64,000 bases of DNA from a virus (Duplodnaviria > Caudoviricetes), in the IMG/VR virus record IMGVR_UViG_3300021426_000001, one strand, 5' to 3'. This document shows positions 35,320-45,086 of the stretch, one piece after another. The translations under genes were made by a program, and so were the position numbers. The notes under the pieces were generated by a model, which was given only the letters and a program-made list of their open reading frames with translations, was not told where the DNA came from and did no database searches. Numbering within the stretch: the first letter of the stretch is position 1; each line of letters opens with the position of its first letter.

Positions 35320-38300
35320 CTAGTCTGCGTCGATCTCGGCGAGAAGTCCGTAAGCGGAAGTCGCATCCTTCGGACCGAAGTCGTGTCTCTCAGGGAACTC
35401 CCAGATGTAGCAGCCAGAGTCGATGTCTCTTCCGTACCCAGCGTCAAGCATACAGACTAGATCGTTGTTCTTCTTATCTACAAGGAGCATTCCTCGATAG
35501 TCGTCTCCCTTGACTGCTATGCCCTCGTCGAACCATGCGCCTGGCTTAGAGTTGTCGTCTCTTCTGTTCATGAGCTGGATGAGAGCCCACTCGGACGGCA
35601 TGTAGCCGAGACGGACGCATCCGCCGTCGTTCATGCACTCGTCTGCGCCCTTCATAGCGTACTTCAGGAACTCTATTCCGTCAGACTGCTTGTCGATCTG
35701 GTGGATCCAGAGACCTCTTGTCTCCTTCTCTCTCACGTTAGCGTACATCACGTGGAATGAGAGCTCGTGGTTGTCAGTCGGACCCATGTCGTAGTCCCAC
35801 GTGAAGTAGCGGTCATGGATTCCGTCTTCGATTCTTCTCATGTAGAAGTATAGCATCCAAGTGTTGAAGTCTGTCGGCATGTTCGACACCTGAACGTCCT
35901 GATGTAAGTTTATCGGTGAGGAGATTATTGACTTGTACAGCTTCGTGAATGCGAAGTTCGGAGATCCGTCTAGGAGCTGCTGGTAGATGTCGTAGTAGTC
36001 AGAGTTCGGAGAGTCACATGTCGGAGACATGTGAAGATCTATCTGACCGACAGAGACAGCTCCCGTGCTCTTCACCAACTTGAGTCCGTCAACCCTGATC
36101 AGGTGCGTCGGGAAGAGATGGTAGCTCTTGTTCATGTTGTTTCTGATGCTGTTCTCTCCAGCGACAGAGCCGAAGCTGTAGAGCTCATCAGTGCTGATCG
36201 TGTACTTCTGGTCTCCCTCTACCTGAGTCGGATTCATCGGAGACATCGGAGTCGTCTCGTTCCAGATCGGCCAGTGTCTTCTATCGAGCCAGTTTCTCGT
36301 GAGACCGAACATCTTCAGATCATCCCAAGCCTTGTCTGCGAGAGATGTCACGTTGTGCATGATGTTGATAGCTTCTGGATAGTTCGAAGACTGGAACGGC
36401 ACATACTGTGAGTCAGACTGTGTGATTCCAGATCTCTTCATGAAGAAGTTGTTGTAGTCGAGGACGTTAGATATGTTAGCCCACTCGATGAACGGCTTGA
36501 AGATTCTTGAGTTGACTTTGTCGAACTCAGCTTCGAATCCGTCCCATAGCTCGATGTTTCTGAATCTCGTGACTTGAGCGTCTTGCTGAAGAAGCATCAG
36601 ACCGTTAGTGTTGCAATCCTCTCGCTCGAATCCAGGGAACGGGCTTGTGCCGATCTCGTTCTGGTGATACTCGTAGACTGGAGCGACGAGTGCGAACTTG
36701 CTAGCGATTCCGATGACGCGATCGTTAGCGTCTTCGCTTCCGTAGTAGTCTGGAGAAGCGTTAGTCAGACGGTTGATGAAGTCAGCAGCGCTCTTTGTCA
36801 TAGAAGCTCTCACGTTCATGATGCTTCCACACTCAGCCTTGTTGAACGTTCCGGTAGCTTCTGACTCTGGCTTTTGGGTTCCGTCACTGCGAAGTCCAGA
36901 CTCGAAGTTTCCGTACTCGATGAAGCGCTCTGAGTGGTTGATCATGCCAGCTACTGCGCCGATGTTGTAGATAGACTTGAGCTGGAATCCTATCTGAGTT
37001 CCGTTCGTCTCGTTCACGTCGTAAGCGGGAATCAACGGCCAGAACTTCACGTGGCGCTTGTTGTACTTCATTCCCTCGACTCCACTGAACTGATTTGCTA
37101 GATCGTGAGTGAAGGTCTCCACGTTCAAGTCATTCTCCATGCTCGTCTCTTCTACGGCAGAGATCGGGAGATAGATTCTGCTGATCGGGACTCTGAGCAG
37201 CACATGGATCATCTTGTGGCTCTTATCTTCTTCTTGAGGTCCAAAGATAGTTATGTCAACGAACATGTCGTCCAGATTTCCGACAGCTCTCTTTCCGTCA
37301 CCTGTCGCGGTGTTGTTATGAGCGATATGGTTTATCTTTCCAGTGCCGTCCTCGTTCTTGGTCACGAGATAACACGGATCACCGTCTCTCTCAGTGTAGT
37401 ATATTCCAGACTTGCTTACGTCTGTGTTCTGGAAGAATCCGACCTTAGTAGCTCCGTTCTGTGTTCTGCCAGCTAGAGGAATTCTGATCTTCTCGATTCT
37501 AGCGCTCCACTGCTCGCCGAGAATGAGGTTCAACTTCTCTTCGCCGCTCATTCCCTCCATCTGCTGGGCTTCCTCTTCCGTCACCATAGACTCTAGCGTC
37601 TTCGTGCTTCCGAGGATTCCAGCGACGATGGATTCAGCCTTGTCATCGAGATCTAGATCAGATGGAGCAGCTCTCAACGGTGTAACTTCGATGAGACTTC
37701 TCTTGACGCCGAACTGATCCTGCGTCAGTCTATTGTTGTCAGTCTGCATCACGGCATCCCACATCATATCTTCTCTGATCGAGCAGAACATGTTCGGATT
37801 GTTTGCGTGATCATTTATGATGTCCGTAGTGAGGAATCCGAATGAGTCGTTGCTCACTGGATTCTTTGCTGCAGGGCCGTCTTCTCCAGCAGCGTAAGTT
37901 CCAGGAGGCATGTACCAGCAGAAGTCTGGACCGTTGCTTGGAGAGCTGAACAGGTTCTTTGGTGCATTTGTCTCATTCGGACCGGTAGCAGACGGGATGA
38001 CGAACTTGCTATTGTAGTCTGACGGGAGCCAGCTCTCAGAGCGGTTGCAAGTTCCGAAAGGACCGCCATTCTCTTGGTTGAACGGACTCTCGTAGCCCGG
38101 ATAGATGACGTTTGGATCAAAGGCAGAGTTCGACAGCATGTCGCAGCCGAGAGCTACCTTGGCGTTCATTATGTTTCTAGCGAATCCGATAGCGTTCTGT
38201 CTCGTTGATCCGTGTGCGCTGTTGTTGAAGACCTCGCCGTACTCTAGAGCGTCAGCGAGGCTTATGTCATTGAGGCCACCTGGATTGTCTCTCTCGTCGA

Positions 38301-40872
38301 GAGTCTTTGCAGCGTCTCCGAGATAGTTCAAGTCGAGGTGCTTGACTCTGAAGCTTATCGTGCTAAGATCTTCAAGAACAGCAGCGCTAGCATCGTTTGC
38401 GATGCTCCACAGCGGAACGGCTACGTTAGATTTCCACTTGTCGTTCCAGTTGTTGAATACCTTGATCTCTCCCTGGTTCGGGCACTCGACTCCATCAAGC
38501 TCTGGTCTACTGATCTTGTAAGTCATGCGGAACAGGTTAGTTCCGCCGTCATCGATCAGACTCTGCTCAGCTTCAGCACGTTCCTCTTCAGTGTATGGAG
38601 CGTTGCTAAGATCAGCCGATGGAGGACCGAATGTCAGCTTAGCGTTCTTGATCTCGATTGGAATGTCGCTACCGATGCTGCTGCGAGTAGCAGAGTCGTT
38701 CACTCTGAAGTTGCAGTTCTCGAACGCTGAATCTGAGTAGTCATTGTCGTAGCTGTTGAAAGTCCAGTGAGTTCCAAATCTGTTCTTGTCATCGTCGAAG
38801 TAGCAGTTTCCGTTGACGCCAGAGCAGATGAAGCTCTTGAAGTCGTAGAATCTCGGTGAGACTCTGACACAGTCAGCAGAGCATCCAGAATATACCTTCA
38901 TGTCACGGCTTAAGTCAGAGAAGCCGTTAGCGTTCTGGTAGTAGTCGTAGTTGTAGCCGAACACGTTCACGAGGTTGTGGTAGTCGTCTCCGTACTCTGG
39001 CGTGTGCTGATAGTCCCTCGTGTAGTTTCTGTACATGTTCTGGCAGCCCGAGTCGGCTGAAGAGTTCATGTCGTTCTCTACGATGTCAAGGACCGTAGTG
39101 ACTCCGTTGATTTCGCCGCAGTTCTGCTTTCCGCATACTCCGCCGATGAATCCGACGAACGTGTCGCTTGACTCCTTGATGTGGTGACGGCAGTCGATGA
39201 ATCTTATCGTTCCGAAGTTGTTTCCGACGATCGGAGAGCAGTAGTATGCGATTCTTGCTCCAGGATTCATTCTCTGGTGCGGAGTGACCTTCTCGTTTCC
39301 ACGCTTTATGAACATCACGACTGTGTCAAGGATCTGCTGGGCTATGTAAGAGCCGTGGTCGAAGTCCTTGTTCATCATGTGATTGTCGTCGCTTCCGAGA
39401 AGCTTAGCGATCGAGTAAGTCCCCTTCTCGTCGTACGTCTTCCAAGATCCGAGATTGTCGATCGTGTTGCAGAGGACTCTGTCAAGGAAGAGCTGAGTGA
39501 ACTCGGTAGTGATCAACGGAGATCTGAAACCTCTCACTACGTTCACCGGTGAGTTCACAGACACGTTGCCCATGTACTGAAGATAGCCGTCTCCACCGTA
39601 CCACCCATCAGCGCTCGGAATAGACTTGGTCATTCTCACGCTGCTCTGATCCAGCACATCAGAGACTGAGCACTTCGGCTCAGAATACATCTTCAGGCCC
39701 TGTCTGTGCATCTGAAGAAGTCCTCCGAGCAGACTGTAGCCCATAGCTTCGTTGCAGTGAGCTAGCACGAGGCTCGGAAGATCCTCAAGATTGTAGATGT
39801 CCAATTGACAGTTCGTGAACCTTGAGCTTCCCACGTCGTCGAACAATGAGTCGACGCCCTCGTTGAAGTAGCCGACGTACGGGATGATGTTGTAGATTGA
39901 GTTGATGCAGAACTTGTTCGGGAAGAATCCGTTGTAAGCGCTGTTCGTGTTCGTAGAGTCGCCCTGAGTGTACTCGTACTTGTTTCCGACAGTGTATACC
40001 TCTGGGCAGAATCCGTCGAATCTCATCTCTCCAGAAGTGATGATGTTCTCGACTGTTCCGTAGTTCGTTCCCACAAGAGCGCCAACGACTACGTCTGAGC
40101 AGTCATGGACCATCTTCTCTAGCGAGATCTTCTGCTGGTTTGAGAACAGAATATTCTCGACAATTCCGTTTCTCACGACACCTCTCGGACCGAGATATCC
40201 GATGAGACCGTTAGAGTTGTTCTTGCAGATGAACTTCTTGTTGATCAGCTTGTGGCAGTTCATGTCGAACACTCCCTGGAAGGGTCTCTCAGGGTTAGTG
40301 CAGATCATGGACTCTAGCGTGTCAGTGTCATTCCAGTTTCCGATGTCGTCTCCGAGAACTACCTTCAGCTTGTTGTTGAAGTTGTTCTCGTCGTTTGTTC
40401 TCTTCGCGATCCAATTCAGGTGAGACTTCTTAGTCACGTAGTAGAATCCGGAGTTCGTGTTCTCCAGATCTTCTGTAGCCTGGATGTCGCCTGAGTCGGT
40501 GTTCCAGAGATACGTAGCGAGCGTTCCAGATGTCGCAGAAACGTCTGAGTAATAGACATGAAGGAACTTCTCCCAGTTGTCTGGGTTCACGAAGATCGGC
40601 TTGTCGCTGAGATCGTCTGGCTCGTAAGCGCTGTACTCGACTCCGAATGAGCTGTACTCGAATAGGCAGTTCTTTAGAGGCTTGATGCCCTGAACGTTCT
40701 CGGAGTATGTGTTGAAGTCCTCTAGATTTCTGTACTGCTCTAGAGCGATCTCTGTGTTGTCGTAGTTGTCGAAGAATGTCGAGTTGACTGGGATGCCGCT
40801 GCACTCGAATGACACCGGCACTTGGCCATTCAACATCTTCTCTTTGAATGAATTGAAGAATACTTCTCGCAT
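35320..40872 (-). CDS. 1850-aa GLUG-motif fibre/adhesin-like protein
   Basis: PFQGVFDMNCHKL...GLIGYLG...VGALVGTNYGTVENI, FIGGVCG and NIGAVAG GLUG-type repeats. Confidence 0.6.
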   Translation of the reverse strand: MREVFFNSFKEKMLNGQVPVSFECSGIPVNSTFFDNYDNTEIALEQYRNLEDFNTYSENVQGIKPLKNCLFEYSSFGVEYSAYEPDDLSDKPIFVNPDNWEKFLHVYYSDVSATSGTLATYLWNTDSGDIQATEDLENTNSGFYYVTKKSHLNWIAKRTNDENNFNNKLKVVLGDDIGNWNDTDTLESMICTNPERPFQGVFDMNCHKLINKKFICKNNSNGLIGYLGPRGVVRNGIVENILFSNQQKISLEKMVHDCSDVVVGALVGTNYGTVENIITSGEMRFDGFCPEVYTVGNKYEYTQGDSTNTNSAYNGFFPNKFCINSIYNIIPYVGYFNEGVDSLFDDVGSSRFTNCQLDIYNLEDLPSLVLAHCNEAMGYSLLGGLLQMHRQGLKMYSEPKCSVSDVLDQSSVRMTKSIPSADGWYGGDGYLQYMGNVSVNSPVNVVRGFRSPLITTEFTQLFLDRVLCNTIDNLGSWKTYDEKGTYSIAKLLGSDDNHMMNKDFDHGSYIAQQILDTVVMFIKRGNEKVTPHQRMNPGARIAYYCSPIVGNNFGTIRFIDCRHHIKESSDTFVGFIGGVCGKQNCGEINGVTTVLDIVENDMNSSADSGCQNMYRNYTRDYQHTPEYGDDYHNLVNVFGYNYDYYQNANGFSDLSRDMKVYSGCSADCVRVSPRFYDFKSFICSGVNGNCYFDDDKNRFGTHWTFNSYDNDYSDSAFENCNFRVNDSATRSSIGSDIPIEIKNAKLTFGPPSADLSNAPYTEEERAEAEQSLIDDGGTNLFRMTYKISRPELDGVECPNQGEIKVFNNWNDKWKSNVAVPLWSIANDASAAVLEDLSTISFRVKHLDLNYLGDAAKTLDERDNPGGLNDISLADALEYGEVFNNSAHGSTRQNAIGFARNIMNAKVALGCDMLSNSAFDPNVIYPGYESPFNQENGGPFGTCNRSESWLPSDYNSKFVIPSATGPNETNAPKNLFSSPSNGPDFCWYMPPGTYAAGEDGPAAKNPVSNDSFGFLTTDIINDHANNPNMFCSIREDMMWDAVMQTDNNRLTQDQFGVKRSLIEVTPLRAAPSDLDLDDKAESIVAGILGSTKTLESMVTEEEAQQMEGMSGEEKLNLILGEQWSARIEKIRIPLAGRTQNGATKVGFFQNTDVSKSGIYYTERDGDPCYLVTKNEDGTGKINHIAHNNTATGDGKRAVGNLDDMFVDITIFGPQEEDKSHKMIHVLLRVPISRIYLPISAVEETSMENDLNVETFTHDLANQFSGVEGMKYNKRHVKFWPLIPAYDVNETNGTQIGFQLKSIYNIGAVAGMINHSERFIEYGNFESGLRSDGTQKPESEATGTFNKAECGSIMNVRASMTKSAADFINRLTNASPDYYGSEDANDRVIGIASKFALVAPVYEYHQNEIGTSPFPGFEREDCNTNGLMLLQQDAQVTRFRNIELWDGFEAEFDKVNSRIFKPFIEWANISNVLDYNNFFMKRSGITQSDSQYVPFQSSNYPEAINIMHNVTSLADKAWDDLKMFGLTRNWLDRRHWPIWNETTPMSPMNPTQVEGDQKYTISTDELYSFGSVAGENSIRNNMNKSYHLFPTHLIRVDGLKLVKSTGAVSVGQIDLHMSPTCDSPNSDYYDIYQQLLDGSPNFAFTKLYKSIISSPINLHQDVQVSNMPTDFNTWMLYFYMRRIEDGIHDRYFTWDYDMGPTDNHELSFHVMYANVREKETRGLWIHQIDKQSDGIEFLKYAMKGADECMNDGGCVRLGYMPSEWALIQLMNRRDDNSKPGAWFDEGIAVKGDDYRGMLLVDKKNNDLVCMLDAGYGRDIDSGCYIWEFPERHDFGPKDATSAYGLLAEIDAD

Positions 40873-40889
40873 GTATTATTTACACGCGA

Positions 40890-42713
40890 TCACTTCCACT
40901 TCTTAGCAGTGTCAAGGAGACCGTTCTGATCGTCTCTTCCGATGACGGTTCCAGTAGACAGCATGAACTTCAATCGAGCGCCATCGCTTCTGTCTATGCT
41001 GTTCACTGGAGGAATCTTCTCTGGGTTCAGGGTCGACTCCTCGACGGACGAGATAGCAGTCGGAGACTCTTCGTCGATCGTGAACTTCTTGTAAGCGCAG
41101 CCGTAGTCTCCGTTCACCATCCACTCGTCGAATCCGTAGTCGTCGTGCTTCTCGAACATCGTCTCGACGATCTCGTCCCAGTTCTGAATGTCGTCTGTGG
41201 AGATGTCGTAAGCGCCATCCATAGAAGTGTCTTCTGATAGCAGATGCTTACTTCTGTGCTCGTCCAAGTTTCCAGTGCTCCAGCGCATCCAGTACGCCAT
41301 CCAGAGCTGATCGTCGTTTCCTCTGAAGAAGCACGGATGACCGAGATTTCTGTGGATCCAGCAGTTGTGGTCACGATAGTCGTGAGCGACGTATGAGTAA
41401 GGACGGTTGATCAGCTGGAATGACTGATCTGCGTACGACTTGATCTTGGCAGAGTCGCGTGAGAGAGGAATGTACATTCCCCAGTTCTCCATGTAGTGCC
41501 ACTGGCCCCAGTGATGGCTGTCGTGGTTGTCTACGCCCAGCGTCTGCTTCTTGTTGATTGGAGAGCGCTGCGTTAGGAAGTCGAACGCCCACGGATCGAA
41601 CATGAAAGTCTCAATGATCAGCTCACGAGCCATCTGGCGGAGATAGTATGTCTGGTTTTCGATCTCTTCTGGAGACTCGAAGATAGCGAGCAGCTTATTC
41701 AAGGTTCCTCTCTTGTCTGACCAGCCGCTAGCCTTCCACTCTTCGCACACTGCTCTCCATTGAGCTTGATGCTCTTCAGTCAACGGATATGTGAGGAAGT
41801 AGTTTCCGAGATAGTCGCGTCCGTTCACATTTGGATAATCAGATTTTCTCCTGTAGCCATCTAGGAACTGCTTGTCCAAGTACGCGATGTAATATCCCTC
41901 AGACAGCTTCTTGCAGTAGCGGTCGTATGTCTCTACAAGGTGCTTGACTGGTGTCCATGATCTTGTGTAGCCGTTCCACATGTACAAGCTGATGCCAGCT
42001 CTAGGCATCATGATCTCTGCTGGATCAGAAGTGCACATCTCTATCATAGCCTCAGCGTTCAGGTCAGCTTCTCTGCTCTGAGATGCGCCAGTGATGATGT
42101 TGTAGAGAAGGAATGGCAGAGAGACTTCTCTGTAGTTCTCTACGAGAGATCCAGCGCCGACGATATAAGTGATAGCCATCGGAAGCGCCATAGCTGGTAT
42201 GAATAGCGAAGATACGACGTCGACTGGAATCTTCCACCATGAGCTCCAGCCCTCGCGTGAGATGTGCTCGATAGCTTCAGTTAGTCCGCCTGTCAGGAAA
42301 GCGACGCATGCGCGTGCCCAGCCAGGAAGTGTCTGGTAAGTGTGAGAGTATGTCGGAGTGTATGAGCTGATCTTGAAGTAGCACCAGTTAGACAAGCTGT
42401 TGACCCAGAAGTAGTTCGGGACGTTGTCCTTGTCAGCGGCTTCGCTCTTGCTGTCTTCTGTAGCTTTCTTGTACTTCTCGATCTCTTCGAGACTGAGAAT
42501 CGTGTTGCAGTCTCTGCCGAGATCCTTGACGGTCTTCTTCTGAGTTCCATAGTAGTACTCGTACGGTGACTGCCAGCCGTACTTCGACTTCGCTTCTTCG
42601 CGAATAGAGTCCATTCCCTTCTCGAGGTCGAGATAGGACAGCTCGACTTTGATCTCGGTGGACTCTTTCTCGTTCTGGCTGCTGCGGTTTTTGAATCTGA
42701 ATAGGTCTAGCAT
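40890..42713 (-). CDS. Hypothetical protein with hydrophobic segments
   Basis: 607-aa ORF; hydrophobic stretch VVSSLFIPAMALPMAITYIVG. Confidence 0.55.
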   Translation of the reverse strand: MLDLFRFKNRSSQNEKESTEIKVELSYLDLEKGMDSIREEAKSKYGWQSPYEYYYGTQKKTVKDLGRDCNTILSLEEIEKYKKATEDSKSEAADKDNVPNYFWVNSLSNWCYFKISSYTPTYSHTYQTLPGWARACVAFLTGGLTEAIEHISREGWSSWWKIPVDVVSSLFIPAMALPMAITYIVGAGSLVENYREVSLPFLLYNIITGASQSREADLNAEAMIEMCTSDPAEIMMPRAGISLYMWNGYTRSWTPVKHLVETYDRYCKKLSEGYYIAYLDKQFLDGYRRKSDYPNVNGRDYLGNYFLTYPLTEEHQAQWRAVCEEWKASGWSDKRGTLNKLLAIFESPEEIENQTYYLRQMARELIIETFMFDPWAFDFLTQRSPINKKQTLGVDNHDSHHWGQWHYMENWGMYIPLSRDSAKIKSYADQSFQLINRPYSYVAHDYRDHNCWIHRNLGHPCFFRGNDDQLWMAYWMRWSTGNLDEHRSKHLLSEDTSMDGAYDISTDDIQNWDEIVETMFEKHDDYGFDEWMVNGDYGCAYKKFTIDEESPTAISSVEESTLNPEKIPPVNSIDRSDGARLKFMLSTGTVIGRDDQNGLLDTAKKWK

Positions 42714-42754
42714 TCTACATACTTCCGATATATTTCTATTTATTTCGATTTTCT

Positions 42755-42786
42755 GGATTTACGAATTGATGAGAAAATCCTATATT
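42755..42786 (+). promoter_or_regulatory. Early promoter (variant TTTACG)
   Basis: GGATTTACG-N17-TATATT. Confidence 0.75.
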
Positions 42787-42818
42787 GACTGTGTAAACTT
42801 AAACAAGGGACTTATCAA

Positions 42819-43145
42819 ATGAAATTCAAGATTCTCGGCAGCAATATGATGAGCGGCACAGGCTCAGTAAATTCCCTCATCGACTACGTAAAAGGCAAGA
42901 AGTTCGACAAAATAACGAAATTCGACTATCAGGGCGACACTGATCATATTGAATTCACCAAGGATCGCATCAAGTTCACTGATCAAGACAGAAGCATGAA
43001 GTTCGGCTGGTTCTTTGAAGAACTCTGGGTATTCGAAAACGGAAAAGAATTTACTGCTTACGGCAACTGCGAGAACGCAGAATACGTAAAGCAGATCAAG
43101 ACAAATCTCAAGAAGGCAGCAAAAAATAAATCTAGAAAATCTTAA
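42819..43145 (+). CDS. Hypothetical early protein
   Basis: Follows early promoter. Confidence 0.7.
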   Translation: MKFKILGSNMMSGTGSVNSLIDYVKGKKFDKITKFDYQGDTDHIEFTKDRIKFTDQDRSMKFGWFFEELWVFENGKEFTAYGNCENAEYVKQIKTNLKKAAKNKSRKS

Positions 43146-43151
43146 AAATCT

Positions 43152-43183
43152 GGGTTTACAAGCTGTTTGGATTTTCTTATATT
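43152..43183 (+). promoter_or_regulatory. Early promoter
   Basis: GGGTTTACA-N17-TATATT. Confidence 0.85.
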
Positions 43184-43222
43184 TTACTCGTAAAACAAAA
43201 CAACTCTAACAAAGGACTTACA

Positions 43223-43684
43223 ATGAAACCGGAAGAATTCAAGAAAATTTGGAACAATCTCATGGAAAATGGCCTTCCAGTCAAGAAGGAAACGAGAACC
43301 GAACTTCATCTCGAAAGCGGTCTCAAGGGCTACCTCACAGACGGTGGCGCTATCATGACTCTTGAATTCCCGAACGGTCGAATCATGGAATGCTTCACTC
43401 TTCTCGGCAAGGATGTCACAGTAGAACGCCGTCCAGCCAAGAACAAGGTCACGGCTAAGGAAGTCAAGGAAGCCATGAAGAAGGCTAAGCTCGAAGAGAT
43501 GAACAAGCGTGGCGATCTCGTCATTCCGAAGGAATACCGCGAACTCGTCGAAAAGGCGCTCAAGATCGCAGAGATCGCACTCAACGAGAACAAGCAAGCT
43601 ACTTGGATCATAAACATGGCTCAGGGCAAGAACAAGGCAAAGCAGATCCACTGGCTCCTCAAGAACGTCGCTAAGGTTGGCTAA
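43223..43684 (+). CDS. Hypothetical early protein
   Basis: RBS AAGGA after early promoter. Confidence 0.7.
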   Translation: MKPEEFKKIWNNLMENGLPVKKETRTELHLESGLKGYLTDGGAIMTLEFPNGRIMECFTLLGKDVTVERRPAKNKVTAKEVKEAMKKAKLEEMNKRGDLVIPKEYRELVEKALKIAEIALNENKQATWIINMAQGKNKAKQIHWLLKNVAKVG

Positions 43685-43685
43685 T

Positions 43686-43826
43686 ATGAAGCAAGAACAG
43701 AACAAGCTGAAGAATCCGAGAGACTGGCAGCCGAAAGACTGGGCCGAGCGCATGGGAAAGAAGATGGGAATCCGTCAACAGGACATCAAGCTCTTCAAGA
43801 TGTCGCTTCTGCGAGGAATGAGATAA
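43686..43826 (+). CDS. 46-aa hypothetical protein (not in ORF track)
   Basis: MKQEQNKLKNPRDWQPKDWAERMGKKMG...; fills the gap and is coupled by a TAATG overlap. Confidence 0.6.
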   Translation: MKQEQNKLKNPRDWQPKDWAERMGKKMGIRQQDIKLFKMSLLRGMR

Positions 43827-44221
43827 TGAACATCTTCAGAAAGATAACAGAAGCTTTTGACGGAACCGCTTACATCGAGAAGCTCGCCAAGCGTCTCGAT
43901 GAGCTCAACATCCCGTACGAACTAACCTCCGTCTTCAAGATTCATGACCAGTTCGACAAGATGACCTTTCCGTGGACGACTGCTGACGTGATCTGCAACT
44001 ACGGATCTTACGGCCACGAGAATGGCGAATACGAAGTCATGGGACGAGATCTACAGACAGTAGAAGAAGCTGCTTGGGATGAAGTAACAGGTCACATCAA
44101 CCTCGAAGACATGGTCAAGCGCATTCAGACCGCCTACAATCGCACCTTCGACGAGAAGAAGGAAGAGAAGCGCAAGACCGTCAACGAATACTTCAAGAAG
44201 AGGAAAGAATATGGAGTTTAG
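43826..44221 (+). CDS. Hypothetical early protein
   Basis: Operon member. Confidence 0.65.
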   Translation: MNIFRKITEAFDGTAYIEKLAKRLDELNIPYELTSVFKIHDQFDKMTFPWTTADVICNYGSYGHENGEYEVMGRDLQTVEEAAWDEVTGHINLEDMVKRIQTAYNRTFDEKKEEKRKTVNEYFKKRKEYGV

Positions 44222-44552
44222 CAAGGCTTACGACTACTTCGAGAAGATGGGCTTCGAGTTCAAGTTCGACGAAGCTACTCCAGCTTGGGCATGGTCGAAC
44301 TGCCATGTGCTCTGGAAGGGCGTCGAGTTCGGAGTCATGTACCAAGACAACATGAGGCTGAGCGATGGCAACGACATGCTCTATCAGTACTCCTACAGAT
44401 ACAGCTTCTATCCCGACAAGGAGATCTACGATCTGGTAGACAAGTTCATCAAGAACGCTAGAGAGATTCCCGCTAAGCGCGTCATCGAAACCAAGAGAGA
44501 TCGCGCTAACCAAGTCCGTGACTACTTCGCCAGAAAGCGTGCTGCCGAGTAG
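44211..44552 (+). CDS. Hypothetical early protein
   Basis: Operon member. Confidence 0.65.
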   Translation: MEFSKAYDYFEKMGFEFKFDEATPAWAWSNCHVLWKGVEFGVMYQDNMRLSDGNDMLYQYSYRYSFYPDKEIYDLVDKFIKNAREIPAKRVIETKRDRANQVRDYFARKRAAE

Positions 44553-44579
44553 CTTGGTAGCTGGTAGTATAAATAAAAC

Positions 44580-44921
44580 ATGGACAGATTCTATGAGTTT
44601 CTAATCAACGAGGGCATGCACCGAAAGAAGATGATCCGCGACGGAAAGGTCGTGGTCAAGTGGGTAACAGACAAGCCTGGAGTGACTGAGATTCAATATG
44701 ATCAGTTCGGGAATCCTCACGAAGAGCGTATTCCAGCCGAGAAGATCAAGGCGATGAAGGACGCTGCGAGAAAGAACAAGAGCAAGCGTGAGGGAGCTAT
44801 GGCTCAGCGTGAGGTGCACAAAGCGATGAGCATGAATAAGAGACGCCACGATCCCGATCTGAAGCACTACGACAAAGAGTTTCCAGACGTAAACAGCGAA
44901 CACGACCAGTCAACACTATAG
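44580..44921 (+). CDS. Prohead core protein gp68-like
   Basis: FYEFLINEG leader, KKMIRDGKVVVK, basic AARKNKSKR...SMNKRR; late promoter 44568-44575. Confidence 0.55.
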   Translation: MDRFYEFLINEGMHRKKMIRDGKVVVKWVTDKPGVTEIQYDQFGNPHEERIPAEKIKAMKDAARKNKSKREGAMAQREVHKAMSMNKRRHDPDLKHYDKEFPDVNSEHDQSTL

Positions 44922-44930
44922 GGGGACGAT

Positions 44931-45086
44931 ATGGATCACAAAGAATTCATGGAGAAGCAGGTGCATGACATTGAAGTCGCAAAATACTACGAGGGAATCC
45001 GCATAGGAAGAGACCCTGGTCAGGAGTTCGTCAAGAAGTGGATTCTCGACAACGCAGCAGAATACCGAAAAGAAAACGACAAGTGA
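44931..45086 (+). CDS. 51-aa hypothetical protein (not in ORF track)
   Basis: MDHKEFMEKQVHDIEVAKYYEGIRIGRDPGQEFVKKWILDNAAEYR; RBS GGGGG. Confidence 0.65.
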   Translation: MDHKEFMEKQVHDIEVAKYYEGIRIGRDPGQEFVKKWILDNAAEYRKENDK

